Assembly (NCBI GenBank): GCA_002104945.1
Contig: MCFH01000039.1
Span: 434,001 to 498,000, forward strand
DNA length: 64,000 bases
Reading direction: 5' to 3'
Source: Piromyces finnis finn
Lineage: Eukaryota; Fungi; Neocallimastigomycota
A program made the position numbers and the translations under genes. Positions 52,365 to 64,000 of this stretch are shown piece after piece (the stretch's first letter is position 1; the number at the start of each line of letters is the position of its first letter). The notes under the pieces are model-generated. The model worked only from the letters and a program-made list of their open reading frames with translations, did not search any database and was not told the DNA's origin.

Positions 52365-54785
52365 TTGGTAAATCAAAATACAACAAAAAAAAGAGATTAA
52401 TGAAGTGAGTTTATCCTGTACAATAATTGGGTTGGCAGGCTCTTAATCTATATAATAGAATATAAACGTTCGAGGTACACTCAAGTACATTACCCTGTAA
52501 TAGACAAGCTGGCTTGACAAATAAGTATATACTATCTTTTATGTTTTGATTTACTACTGGAAAACTATATGAAGTACCTTTATACTTATTTTAATAAATT
52601 ATTTAAATAAATTATTTTTCTAATGAAACATTTTTTCTAATAAAACAAAATTAAATTTTTATTTTAGACAAAATTTTAAATAGTTATAATATTTTAGAAG
52701 ATTATATTGGCTCCCTTAGCGTGGCTAGTTAAATAGCTGTAAGTAATACTTCTTTGTTCAATTACTTATGATATTGGGGATAAATTCTAGTTTACTTCTA
52801 TCAGCTAACAGTAAGTTAGTTATCAAGAGTTAAACCTCGAACTATCCTTTTATAAATATCTCTTTTATATTAACCATCGAATTTAATTGCGTAATTAAAG
52901 AAGAGCTACGAGGGACTTACTAATATAATTTTTGACAAACTATACATTTGATGGTTTAACACTATATAGTTTGGCTAATATTATTTTACAATTTAAATTT
53001 TTATTTTTGTTTGATTATAAAAAGTTTTCTTATTTTTTTATTATATTTTACATTGGTTTTTCCAAATGTTACTATTGAATAATGGATGGATTCAACAATA
53101 TCTTTGAAAATGCATCTTTGAAGGATGGCTTCGCGTGAGATAGATGATTTCTCAAAGGATTTTTAGCTAAAATGGAACTTGTCTTCTTGCTTTACCCAGT
53201 CAGATATTAAGCTGATCGAACAAAGATTCTTTATATTATTTCAAGATTATTTGGTAAACCCTATGAACTGGGCCGCTTCTCTAATTGAAAAAGGGGATCC
53301 ATGTTTAGGAAATTATGACGCTTTTATAAACCGTATTAAAGCATTCTATGGATACAATGACTCCGTTTATGTTGCTAACTAAATGTTAAAAAAATTAAGC
53401 AACAACTTTGTGGCGTTAGAGGATATATATTGGAGTTCAACAAGTATGCCGATGAATCTGACTGGAATGAACAAGCCAAGATGGATATCTTTATAGCCGG
53501 ACTCAATCAACAAGTAGCCATAAAAATTTTAGAAATATATCAATGACCAAAAGATCCCTTTTCATTACAAACTGTAGCCTCAAGAATAGATTCAAGGATA
53601 TCCATTAGGTACAAATTCATCAATAATAATACAATAAAAATCAATATTACAAAAATGAGTGAACGAAGAATTTGACAAAATCAGCAAATAATTATCACGG
53701 ACCTCTCTCAAAAGAAGAAAAAGAAAGAAGAAAGAAAAATAATATATGCTTATACTGTGGATCACCAAACCATACCAAAAAGGGATAACAGTTCACAACA
53801 ACAACATTTATGAATATCATTAATAACAGTAAAAGACAACATTCCAATTAATTATTTAGTTTTAGTATGGGACGCGAATCTATATTTCCAATTTTAATCG
53901 ACTCAGGCTCTGAACTCAATTTGATAGATGAAGATTTTTGTAAGACATACGATATCCCTTATTTCCAAGATGAAGATTTACCTAAAATTCAAGGTTTTGA
54001 GGGTAAACAGTCTATTATAGGTGTCACTCCAAGTCTCAATTTAAGGTACAAGGATCACTTCTTTACAGTTAGATTTTATGTCAATAATCTATCTTTATAT
54101 CAGTGTATTTTCGGAACAGAATTGTTACGACTACATAATTCAAACATTGAATTTACCAACAAAACTCTTTTTTTAATTCCAATTATTATTTATCACATTG
54201 TATATCTGTACCAATTTCAAATATTTATCAAAATGGGAATACTTCTTCTTCTGAACATAATTCTGCTTTTATTATTTTCTCACACTCCAATTCCAATTCC
54301 GATTCTTCAGAATTCTCTTCTTTTCCCATCGCCTCTATCATATCTCAGCTTCAATTAAATACAAATGAAAAAATGATCAACAATAATGGTACTACTCAAT
54401 CTAATGAACTTAATCTTAAAACCTTTGATCAAATTAAACCCAAGTCTAATATTTCATCTTCTCGTTTTAATAATTTAGTTATCAAGCCTTTTACTTTATA
54501 TTATAATAAATATCACTCTCAACTTCACCTGAAACCTCTACCATCGTCGATAATTTTCCACATTCCATCTTAACTGTTAATAGCGAAAATCCATCTCCTG
54601 AAATAATTACACTTACCAAAAAGATCTAAGAATTTAAAGATGTTTTCAGTGAAGCTTCTGTAGATAAGCTTCATCCACACAGGCCATACGATTATCATTA
54701 ATATAATAGAAAATGTAAAATTATTCTATGGTCCTATCTATCAGCTTACCGAAAAAGAATCGAAAGTACTCAAAGCAAAGAGTAT

Positions 54786-55778
54786 TGTAAAGTCGACGAA
54801 GAAAGAATAAATTAGGATATCTATTCTATTACAATAACATCAAAATTAAAAAATAAAAATAAAATTGTTATTAAAAATATAATGGAAATTTATTAATAAC
54901 AATTACATCGATAAAATGATGAAAAATATCTTCTATTTATATTTTTCCTAAATGCATTTATATTATAACTATTTATTTCTTATATATTATTATTTAAAAT
55001 CTACACTAAAATCTTAATTATTAATAAAATATTTAAACTATAACTATTTTAGTAAAATTAAATAGGCAATTCAAATTAAGTACCATTCAATTTGAATATG
55101 TGCTCATGTGTTATTGATATATTAATCATTTAATAATTATATACTATATATATATTTCTATTACAAAACAATACTAAAATTAAGGGTTTGGATTGAGAAT
55201 TTTAATTTATTTTGTTTTAAACTTTAATAATTAATAAATAAATTATGCCTCATTTTTCTTTTTCTGTAATATAATGTGTGTAACTTAAACAATAATATTT
55301 ATGGCTTAAGTTACTGTAATGGTGACACAGAAAGAATAGATTAGGATATCTATTCTATTACAATAACACTAAATTTAAAATAAAAATAAAAATTGTTTTA
55401 TTAGAAATATCTTTTATTATAATAGAAATTTTATTGATAACAATTACATTGATAAAATGATGAAAAATATCTTCTATTTATATTTTTCCTAAATACATTT
55501 ATATTATATTATAACTATTTATTTAAAATATATTATTATTTAAAACCTACACTAAAATCTTAATTATTAATAAAATATTTAAACTATAATTATTTTAGTA
55601 AAATTAAATATGCAATTAAAATCAAATACTATTTAATTTGAATATGTGCCCATGTATTATTTATATATTAATCATTTATTATTTATATATTATTCATCTT
55701 TTTCTATCAAAAACAATACTAAAACTAAGAAATTAAATTGAGAAATTTAATTTATTTGTAAAACATTAAAAATAAATT
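54786..55778. mobile_element. Two tandem LTR-B copies (54786-55314, 55315-~55778) in place of the RT
   Basis: Both align with 26807-27330; RNase H resumes at 55779; no matching TSD. Confidence 0.8.
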
Positions 55779-57311
55779 ACTGATTCTTCTAACTTTGATA
55801 TAGGTGCTATACTTTCTTAAAAATGTCTAAAAGGTAATCTTACTCATCCTATTGCCTTCTTTTCAAGATCTCTTCAAGGTGCCGAAAAGAATTACCCAAT
55901 ATATGACAAGGAACTTCTTGCTATTATGTTTTCCCTCGAAAATTAGCGTTATTTTCTTAAAGGTACAACTGAACCTTTCATTATCTACTCTGACCATAGG
56001 AACTTACTTTGTCAAAAGAAACTTCAAAGATTTCTTAACGTCTTGTTCGTTCGTTCTTATTTCTTTCTGAATTCAATTTTAAAATTCTTTATTGTTCCGT
56101 CTCTTCCAATGGTAAACATGATTCCTTATCCCGTCGCCCTGATTACGCTTTGTCTTTCTCTCCTGATGATGCTACTCCATTTTCTGTTCTTCGCCCTGAA
56201 AATTTTTGTGCTATAGTTTCTTCTGTTTCTACCCTTAATGACTTTATTCTTTCGGAATACAAAAATGATACTTTCTACTCTGATATTTGCAATATCCTTG
56301 ATAACAAAAACATCACATGTCCTCACCTTAAAATTGAAAAATTTTCATTAATAGTTTTCTTCTATTCAATTCAAAAATCTATGTGCCTCCTAATTGCCGT
56401 ACTTCTATTCTCAAACTTTGCCATGACTCCCCCTTGGTCATTTTGGTTTTAAGAAGACGTCTTCGCTTTTATCCCGCGATTTCTGGCGGCCTTCATTCTC
56501 TTTTGATGTAAAAGATTACATTCATTCATGTGGTATTTGCTGTCGTTTAAAATCTTCCCGTCATATATCTTGTGGTTATCTGAATCCTTTTGAGGTCCCT
56601 GATCTCCCTTGGTCTTCCATTTCTATGGACTTTATCACCGACTTTCCCTTGGATGATGGTTATTCTTGCATCCTTGTTGTAATTGATAGATTTACTAAAT
56701 TGAGTCATTTTATTGCCCTCAAGAATATTCCTTCCGCTGAAGATACAGACTCTGCTTTCATTGAGAATATTTCCCATCTTCATGGATTTCCTTATGAAAT
56801 TGTGTCCGATCGCAGATCCAAGTTTAATTCAAAGTTTTAGAATGCTGTTTGTTGTTCCTTTAACATATTTTTGAAATTTTTATCGTCCTCCCATCACCAG
56901 TCAAACGGACAGACGGAAAGAGTGAACTACATTATAGAACAATACCTTAGATATTTCTCTAACTACAAAAGTACAAATTGGAGAAAATATTTGAGTCTAG
57001 CAGAATTTAATTATAATAATACAATACAGGATTCAGCTTTCTTTCTAAACTATGGCTTTCATCCTAAACATTCTCCAATCATTCCTAGCAAATCCAATAT
57101 TCCCCGGGCAGAAGAATTTACTACTGACTTTAAACAACTAATTAAAAATTTAAAGGAAAATTTAATTAACTTCATTCAAACTCAGAAGAAGTATGTCGAT
57201 AAGCATAGAAGAAAACCTCCAGAATTTAAAGTAAACGACAAAGGCTGACTTGACGGCTCTTTAGTTATTCATAAGGGAAATGAAAAGTTCAAACCAAGAA
57301 AGCTCGGTCCT

Positions 57312-57706
57312 TGTAAAAGTTTTTTAAAAAATTAAAACAGATTATAAAATTTTTACAATAAAACAAAAACACAAAATAAAATAAAAAATAAAAATAAAAA
57401 CAAAAACAAAATTTATTTATAATTATCTTTTATTAACTTTTATTTAATTATTAACTAAATTATAGTCGATAACAATTACATCGTTTTAATTACGAAATTT
57501 TACATGTATTTTTTAAACTAAGCTAAAGTTATTAAACTAATTTTAATTAAATAAAAACTTTTTAAGATTTAATTTGCATAATTATCCATTAATTTAAAAA
57601 TTTATCCAAATTTCATTTTTAATTTTGATATTTTAAAATTAATCTTTATTTAATTATTATTTAATTAATTATTAAATAATTTAAAGATATATTTTATATC
57701 TTTACA
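57312..57706 (-). mobile_element. Solo LTR-A, 395 bp (internally deleted)
   Basis: Perfect TSD GTCCT; removal restores KLGP-YKILKK. Confidence 0.92.
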
Positions 57707-58292
57707 GTCCTTATAAAATTTTGAAGAAAATCTCAGAAGTATCATATAAAATAGAATTACCAAAATCTTTAAAAATCCACTCCGTTATTCACATCTCTAA
57801 TCTTGAACCCTATTTTGAAGACAAATTTGGACGTACTCAACCACATCTGCCACCTATAACAATTGATAATGAAGAAGAATACGAAGTAGAAAAAATCCTA
57901 GATAAAAGGAAATATTATGGGAAAACTCAATATTTAATTAAATAGAAAGGTTATTCTCTTAACGAAGCTTCATAGGAACCTGAGTAAAATTAAAATTGTA
58001 ATGAACTACTCCAAAAATTCAATAAAAAGAAATGATTATTAGATCTATTCAAATTTTTTAATTAATAAAAAAATTTTTTTATTTTATCTAAATTGTATTT
58101 TTATATTATTATATTATATTATTTATATTATATCATATTATATATTATTTTTATTTTATAAGAAAAGAGAAGAGATATTAAAAAAACTTATTTTATAAAT
58201 TATATCATGTATTTTAAAATCTAATAATGTATTAAAAAAATTTACTCAATTATTAATTTATAATTCGTCTGGTATCCGAATCCTCGAGGAGG

Positions 58293-59355
58293 TGTAAAAA
58301 ATTCTAAAGTTCGGGTTTGTATACGTACACTAAATTATCTTAGGCAACTAAACTAATTATTTTTAATATTATTTTATTTAACTTTTTTAAAAATTTATTC
58401 TAACACAACCGTTAATTATTTAACCGTGAAGGTTATTTTACCAGAATCCTCACTAGGTAATCAATTATTTTATTAATTAAAACTAAACTAATTATTGACT
58501 AATGCTAATTTATCTAAATTAAATTAACCTATACGACTAAACTATACGATTTTCCAACTATTGTTTCAATAGTTGAAAAATTTTCTTTATTTATACTTTT
58601 TAATAAATTGAATAAATTTTAATATACATGTTTTAATATAATAATTTTACATTGTTTATATTTATACATTTATTAAAAGAAATTATTTGTATTAAACTAT
58701 TTAAATTCAATTTATTTACTAAAGAATTTTCTAAACTTAAAAATAAAGCTTTGATTTGTTTACTATATGGTTGATTATATTTCAAACATATATTTAATTT
58801 AAATAGTTTATTTAATATAAATATTAATTGGAAAGCCATTTATTATCCGGAGATAAATAGTGTACCAATTAATTAATATTAAACAAACCAATTAATAAAA
58901 TAAGATTCATTTAAATAATTATTAATATTATTTTTAACAACTTATTAATATCGATATTTAAAGAAAATTGTATTATTATTATATTTTATTAATATTTATA
59001 TTTATATTATTATACATGTATAACTTAAATTATATTATTATTATACTTTATTAATATCAATATTATATTAAAAATGAAAATATAAATAAATTGAACAAAG
59101 AACAACTTTAAGAAATTCTTTGTGAGATTATTAATACACATTTTTATATAGTAAATTTAGTATTTAAAACTGATAATTATCATTTATTTATATTATAAAA
59201 ATTAAATAAAATAATTATTTAGAAACTATATTTATTATTCTTTTATTTTTTAAAAAGGATTATTATTTATTATATAATTAAGCCTATCCTAACCTAATAG
59301 ACTTAATTATAACTTGACAATTAAATACATTATTCTATTAATACAATATTTTACA
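58293..59355. mobile_element. Solo LTR-F, 1063 bp, inserted in the PPT
   Basis: TGTAAAA...TTTTACA flanked by AGGAGG on both sides (6 bp). Confidence 0.75.
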
Positions 59356-59365
59356 AGGAGGGCCA

Positions 59366-60636
59366 TGTAACAATGTTACGGTTCAAATAAGATATCATAA
59401 TTTTATATAATATGAATATTTTCGTTATTAATATTATTAATATATTTTTAATAATATTTTTTTTATTTTTATTGTACTTATTTTTTTTTATGATCCAATT
59501 TTTAGTAAATTTTTCTAAAAATTGCGTACTTTTTGAAACTATCCATTATTTCAAATTTAATGATTTGGGATAATTAAAATTTTAAATTAATTCCATTCAT
59601 AATATATGGATCATTCATTGTAACTGTAAAAGTATAAAATTTAAAACAGATTTTATACTTAAAACAAAACAATTTTTATTAACACAAAAATAAAAAAATA
59701 AAACATTAAATTTTTATTTTAAGAAAACATTTTATTTAAACTCTTAAAAATATTATTAACTATATAATAGTTAATAATTAAAAAATTGAAAATAACAATT
59801 ACATCGATTTAATAAACAAAAATTACATGTATTTATATTTTTTCATAATTATATTCTAATATATTATTCTATTTAAATAAACATATATTTAATATAAAAT
59901 AAACAAAACTAATTTAATTAAATAATAAAATAACAGAACTAAACTAAACTAATTCATTATACTTTTAATTCAATTTGAGTAAACTCAAAATTGAATAAAG
60001 CCCATGTATTTTCTATAAATTAATTTAATATTATCAATACTATTCTTAATATATTTCCTATTGAAATATAAATAAATCTATTTTTAAAACTAAGTTAAAA
60101 TTATTAAACTATTCTAAATTTAAATAAAAAAGTATAATCTTCTAAAATTAAATAAAAAGTATTTAAAAAATATTTTAATTAAAATTCTTTTATTCCTTAA
60201 ATTTAAATATTTATCTTAATTTAATTTTAACGGAATTATTATAAAACAATTTATTATTAAATTATTCCATAAAATTTATTCAAAAATTTTATAATAAGTT
60301 TTACTAAATATTAATTTATTATTTAATAATTAATAATTAATTATTAAATAATCTAAAGATATATCTTATATCTTTACAGTAACGTATATTAATTAAATCA
60401 TTAATATATATTATGAATCATCTATTAATATTAGAACAGATAAATTTTTAATTTATATTTAATAGATTTTTAATTTACTTTACATGTAGTGTTTTTGATT
60501 TCATATATTAACTAATAGACTTAGAGCATATAATAAATTTATATTATCCTATTAATTATGTCCTTTTTTAGACAAAAAGATTAATTTTTATGTAAAGGTA
60601 TCTTCTATTAGTTGTGTAACAATTACTTTTCTTACA
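59366..60636 (+). mobile_element. Putative 3' LTR of the 52570-58030 chromovirus, interrupted by LTR-A
   Basis: Removing LTR-F rebuilds the purine tract GAGGAGGGCCA followed by TGTAAC; the end (...TTTCTTACA) is a guess. Confidence 0.4.
59625..60378 (-). mobile_element. Solo LTR-A, 754 bp
   Basis: Perfect TSD GTAAC; close to the reverse complement of 1528-2277. Confidence 0.92.
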
Positions 60637-60699
60637 ACTATTTAGGTTCATTCCTTAACAGAATGCCCTTCGTTAAAACTCAAGCTACTCCATTGCTGA

Positions 60700-61708
60700 G
60701 TTATATTTAACAATATTTTTAAAGTGTACATTTCTATTCATTAGTACACCAGTAGTTGGATCAGCTAACACTACTGTATTAAACTGTTTCTGAACCACTT
60801 TGAGAGGTCCCACAAAGGCTCTAACTTTGCTCTACTAAAGTTCCGTACTAGAACTAAGTCACCTATTCTTATTTTCTTAGCTTTACTCATTCCTAACATT
60901 TTCTCTCTTCTTGTAGACCAATATTTACTAGCCGTTTTGACATTCTCCGCAGCTTCCAAGGTCCACCGGTAGTGCTTGATGAATTTTTCTAAGAGAATTT
61001 CATCAGAAGTTTTACTTTGATCTTTCGTAGGTCTGGCAGCAATATCAAAAGGCTGCTGATCCTCCCTACCATAAACTAATTCAAAACTAGAATGGTTAGT
61101 TACTGTATTCTTGGATGTTCTTAGCGCTCAAAGAGCAGAAGGCAAAACTTCATCCCAATCCTTATTTTCTTTTCCTAAGAGTCGCAGTAACTTTCCAATT
61201 TCCTTGTTCCTATTCTCTGTTAGTCCGTTACTTTCTGGATGGTAGGGAACTGTAAATTTAACATATACATCATACAAACCCAAAAATATCTTGGTCATAT
61301 CAGAAGTAAACTGTGCTCCATTATCCGTAGTGATAATTTGGGGTATTCCATGCCTTGCGAAAACATTTATTAAAAATTTTATTACATCTAAGGAAGTGAT
61401 AGACTCTACCGCTTCGGTCTCTACCCACTTAGTAAAATAGTCCACTGTAACTATTATATTGTTTATTGTTCTTTGTCTTTGGTAGTGGACCAATAATATC
61501 CAAACCTAAATGTACAAAGGGGCCTTTTACCTGCGTTGGACGATTTTCCGCTGGCTCAGGATAAGGTTGGGCCGATTTAATTAACATTTTTCATATTTGC
61601 TAATAATCCTTTTGATGTCAGTTATCATATCATTCCAATAATAGCTTTTCTTTAGTCTTTGGTAAGTTTTATAGTAACCTTCATGGCCAACATTATGAGC
61701 TTGGTATA
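60700..61708 (-). pseudogene. pol: Decayed Gypsy integrase (relative of the 42454-50051 family)
   Basis: HNVGHEGYYKTYQRL, VTVDYFTKW, ITTDNGAQF, YHPESNGLTENRN, KIRIGDLVLVRN. Confidence 0.85.
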
Positions 61709-62389
61709 TGCAAAATAATAATTTTAAAACAGATTATTATTTTTACAATAAAACACAAAAAATATAAAAAAATTAAACACTAAAATTAATAAATAAAAGT
61801 TTCACTTAATATTTCTTTTTAAAGGTTATTAACTATATAATTGTCAATAACAACTACGTTTATATAAAATTTGGAAAAAATACATGTATTTATATGTTTT
61901 TTCATTTACATTCATTATATATATTTTTCATTCAATTATACATACATTTAATATAAAATAAACAAAACTAATTTAATACAAATTTAAATAAATAATAAAA
62001 TAATAAAACTAAACTAAAACAAATTAAATACACTTTTGATTCAATTTGAGTAAACTGCAAATTGAATACAGTCCATGTATTATTTATATATTATTTTAAT
62101 ATTAATAATACTATTTATAATATATTTCTTATTAAAAAATGTTATTTTAAAACTATTCTAAAGTTATTAAACAAATTTAAATTAAATACAAGCTTTTTAA
62201 GATTTAATTTGAATATTTATCCAAATTTCATTTTTAACCTTGATATTTTAAAATTAATTGTTATTTAATTATTCCATAAAATTTATTGAATAAATTTTAT
62301 AAATAATTTCCATTGAAATATCAAGATTTTTATTTAACAATTATTAATTAATTATTAAATAATTTAAAGATATATCTTATATCTTTACA
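61709..62389 (-). mobile_element. LTR-A copy without TSD (likely recombinant/deletion junction)
   Basis: TGCAAAA...ATATCTTTACA; flanks GTATA/ATACT differ; the host RT/RNase H is missing across it. Confidence 0.75.
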
Positions 62390-62621
62390 ATACTAATAGA
62401 GGATGGAAGACTAGATATGGTAGTTTATTCATAACAACGAAATTCTTACAGATGAAACTCCTTGCTGAGCCTGAATTAATTAACAGCTTAATTTTTAATG
62501 TTTTGTTGTTCATCTTGATGATGAAAGTGGAATTCATTGTATTTGTTCTATTTGGCGTGTAATTGACTGAAAGTATTTCATTGTTTTTCTTGCTTTATTG
62601 AATATTTTTAATCTTTTTGTT

Positions 62622-63236
62622 TGTAAAAGTTTAAAACAGATTATAAAATTTTTACAATAAAATAATAAACACAAAATAAATAAAAAGAAACAAGAAAATA
62701 AATTATTTAAAATATCTCTTTTATTAATTTTATTTAGTTAATAACTAAATAATAGTCAATTACAATTATATCGTTTTAATTAAGAAATTTCTACATGTAT
62801 TTATATTTTTTGTAAATTATATTTTAATATACTATTCTATTTAATTACACATATATTCAATATAAAATAAACAAAACTAAACTAAAACTAATTAAATACA
62901 CTTTTGATTCAATTTGAGTAAACTGCAAATTGAATACAGTCCATGTATTACCTATATATTAATTAAATATTAATAATACTATTTATTATATATTTGCTAT
63001 TAAAAAATGCTAATTTAAAACTACGCTAAAGTTATTAAACTAATTTTAATTAAATAAAAACTTTTTAAGATTTAATTTGAATATTTATCCAAATTTCATT
63101 TTTAACCTTGATATTTTAAAATTAATTATTATTTAATTATTCCATAAAATTTATACAATAAATTTTATAAATAATTTTTCATTAAAATATCAAAATTATT
63201 ATTAAATAATTTTAAGATATATTTTATATCTTTACA
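62622..63236 (-). mobile_element. Solo LTR-A, 615 bp
   Basis: Perfect TSD TTGTT. Confidence 0.9.
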
Positions 63237-63790
63237 TTGTTGTTATCTATCTTGTAAAAGTTGTATAATTTTCTTCCGAAGGACTTCTTATCTTTATGGT
63301 CACTCTTGGGCTTCTTGTTATGAAAATTATTAATATTATCATTAATAAGACATTTTTTGTCGAGATTAATAATAACATTAGTAGCTTCGAATACCGTCTT
63401 GGGTCTGTCAACTTCGTCGAATTCCCTTTGCACTTCTTCGTGAAGGCCTCTCCTGATAAGATCAACGAATACTTCGTCAGGCCATCCGATTCTCTTAGAG
63501 AGTCTTCTGAACTCGATTGTATAATTGGCTGCCTTCCCTAAATGATGCTGTTTAAGGTTTAAAAGTTGTTCTAAGAATATACTTTTGTTCCTTTATATCC
63601 CCAAAGTTATCCAGCAATAAGTTTTTGAATTCTTCATAACTTAGTACTAATAGTACTATCAGCAATGAGAAATAACCCCCATTTTCTTGATGCACCTTGA
63701 AGTTTATTAGCAACAAAAGAACATTTAGATTCGTCTTTTTGGAATGTGTTAGAATGTTCCTTGAAGAACATTTCACATTATCCAAGGACT
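63237..63790 (-). pseudogene. Decayed gag-like sequence (continues to ~62390 beyond LTR-A)
   Basis: FKNLLLDNFG, QREFDEVDRPKTVFEA; lies upstream of the integrase remnant on the same strand. Confidence 0.45.
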
Positions 63791-64000
63791 TCACTAATAA
63801 ATTAAAATTCTCAATTCAAACCCCTAGTTTTAGTATTGTTTTGTAAGAGAAATAGATATATAGTATATAAATATTAAATGATTAATATATCAATAATACA
63901 TGGGCACATATTCAAATTGAATAGTACTTAATTTGAATTGCCAATTGTATTTTACTAAAAATAGTTATAGTTTTTATTAATAATTATAATTTTAGTGTAG
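63790..64000. mobile_element. LTR-B fragment, inverted relative to 26807, cut by the window end
   Basis: Reverse complement matches ~55020-55220. Confidence 0.75.

Larger units (their letters stand above)
52570..58030 (+). mobile_element. Decayed chromovirus: leader, gag, protease, RT mostly replaced by LTR-B copies, RNase H, integrase, chromodomain
   Basis: gag MDGFNNIFENASLKDGF; CLYCG; LIDSGSELNLI; YGPIY; TDSSNF; SMDFITDFP; VSDRR; GQTERVN; EEEYEVEKILDKRKYYGKTQYLIK. Confidence 0.9.

Noticed and set aside
40760-61135. Alternative genetic code (TGA = Trp)
   Set aside because: Trp positions decay to both TGA (57246, 61128) and TAG (57943, ~57973), while the young element uses TGG; this is G-to-A decay.
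2278-63236. Orientation bias of LTR-A copies
   Set aside because: Eight copies in one orientation versus two (1528, 51690) in the other; sample too small to be convincing.

Overview
Extremely AT-rich eukaryotic DNA, consistent with an anaerobic gut fungus (Neocallimastigomycota; inferred from composition and Asn-rich ORFs only). No intact host gene is recognisable; the window is a nested retrotransposon cluster. Contents: (1) one young, full-length Ty3/Gypsy element (42454-50051, minus strand) with apparently identical 570-bp LTRs, 4-bp TSD, tRNA PBS and an A-AAA-AAC plus pseudoknot -1 frameshift signal; (2) the 3' end of a chromovirus and several decayed Gypsy elements; (3) two Ty1/Copia remnants; (4) an APE-type LINE; (5) about 20 solo-LTR-like TG...CA elements or fragments in about 8 families (my labels LTR-A to LTR-H and LTR-T), many with readable 5-bp TSDs and nested up to four deep. 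Most notable: family LTR-T carries a degenerate tRNA-Gln(UUG)-like Pol III cassette. In both of its diverged copies, other LTR families inserted 12-13 bp upstream of that cassette (three insertions, two at the same 5-bp target). This suggests Ty3-like Pol III-guided integration into a landing site carried by a transposon. All alignments and identities were done by eye and need computational confirmation.
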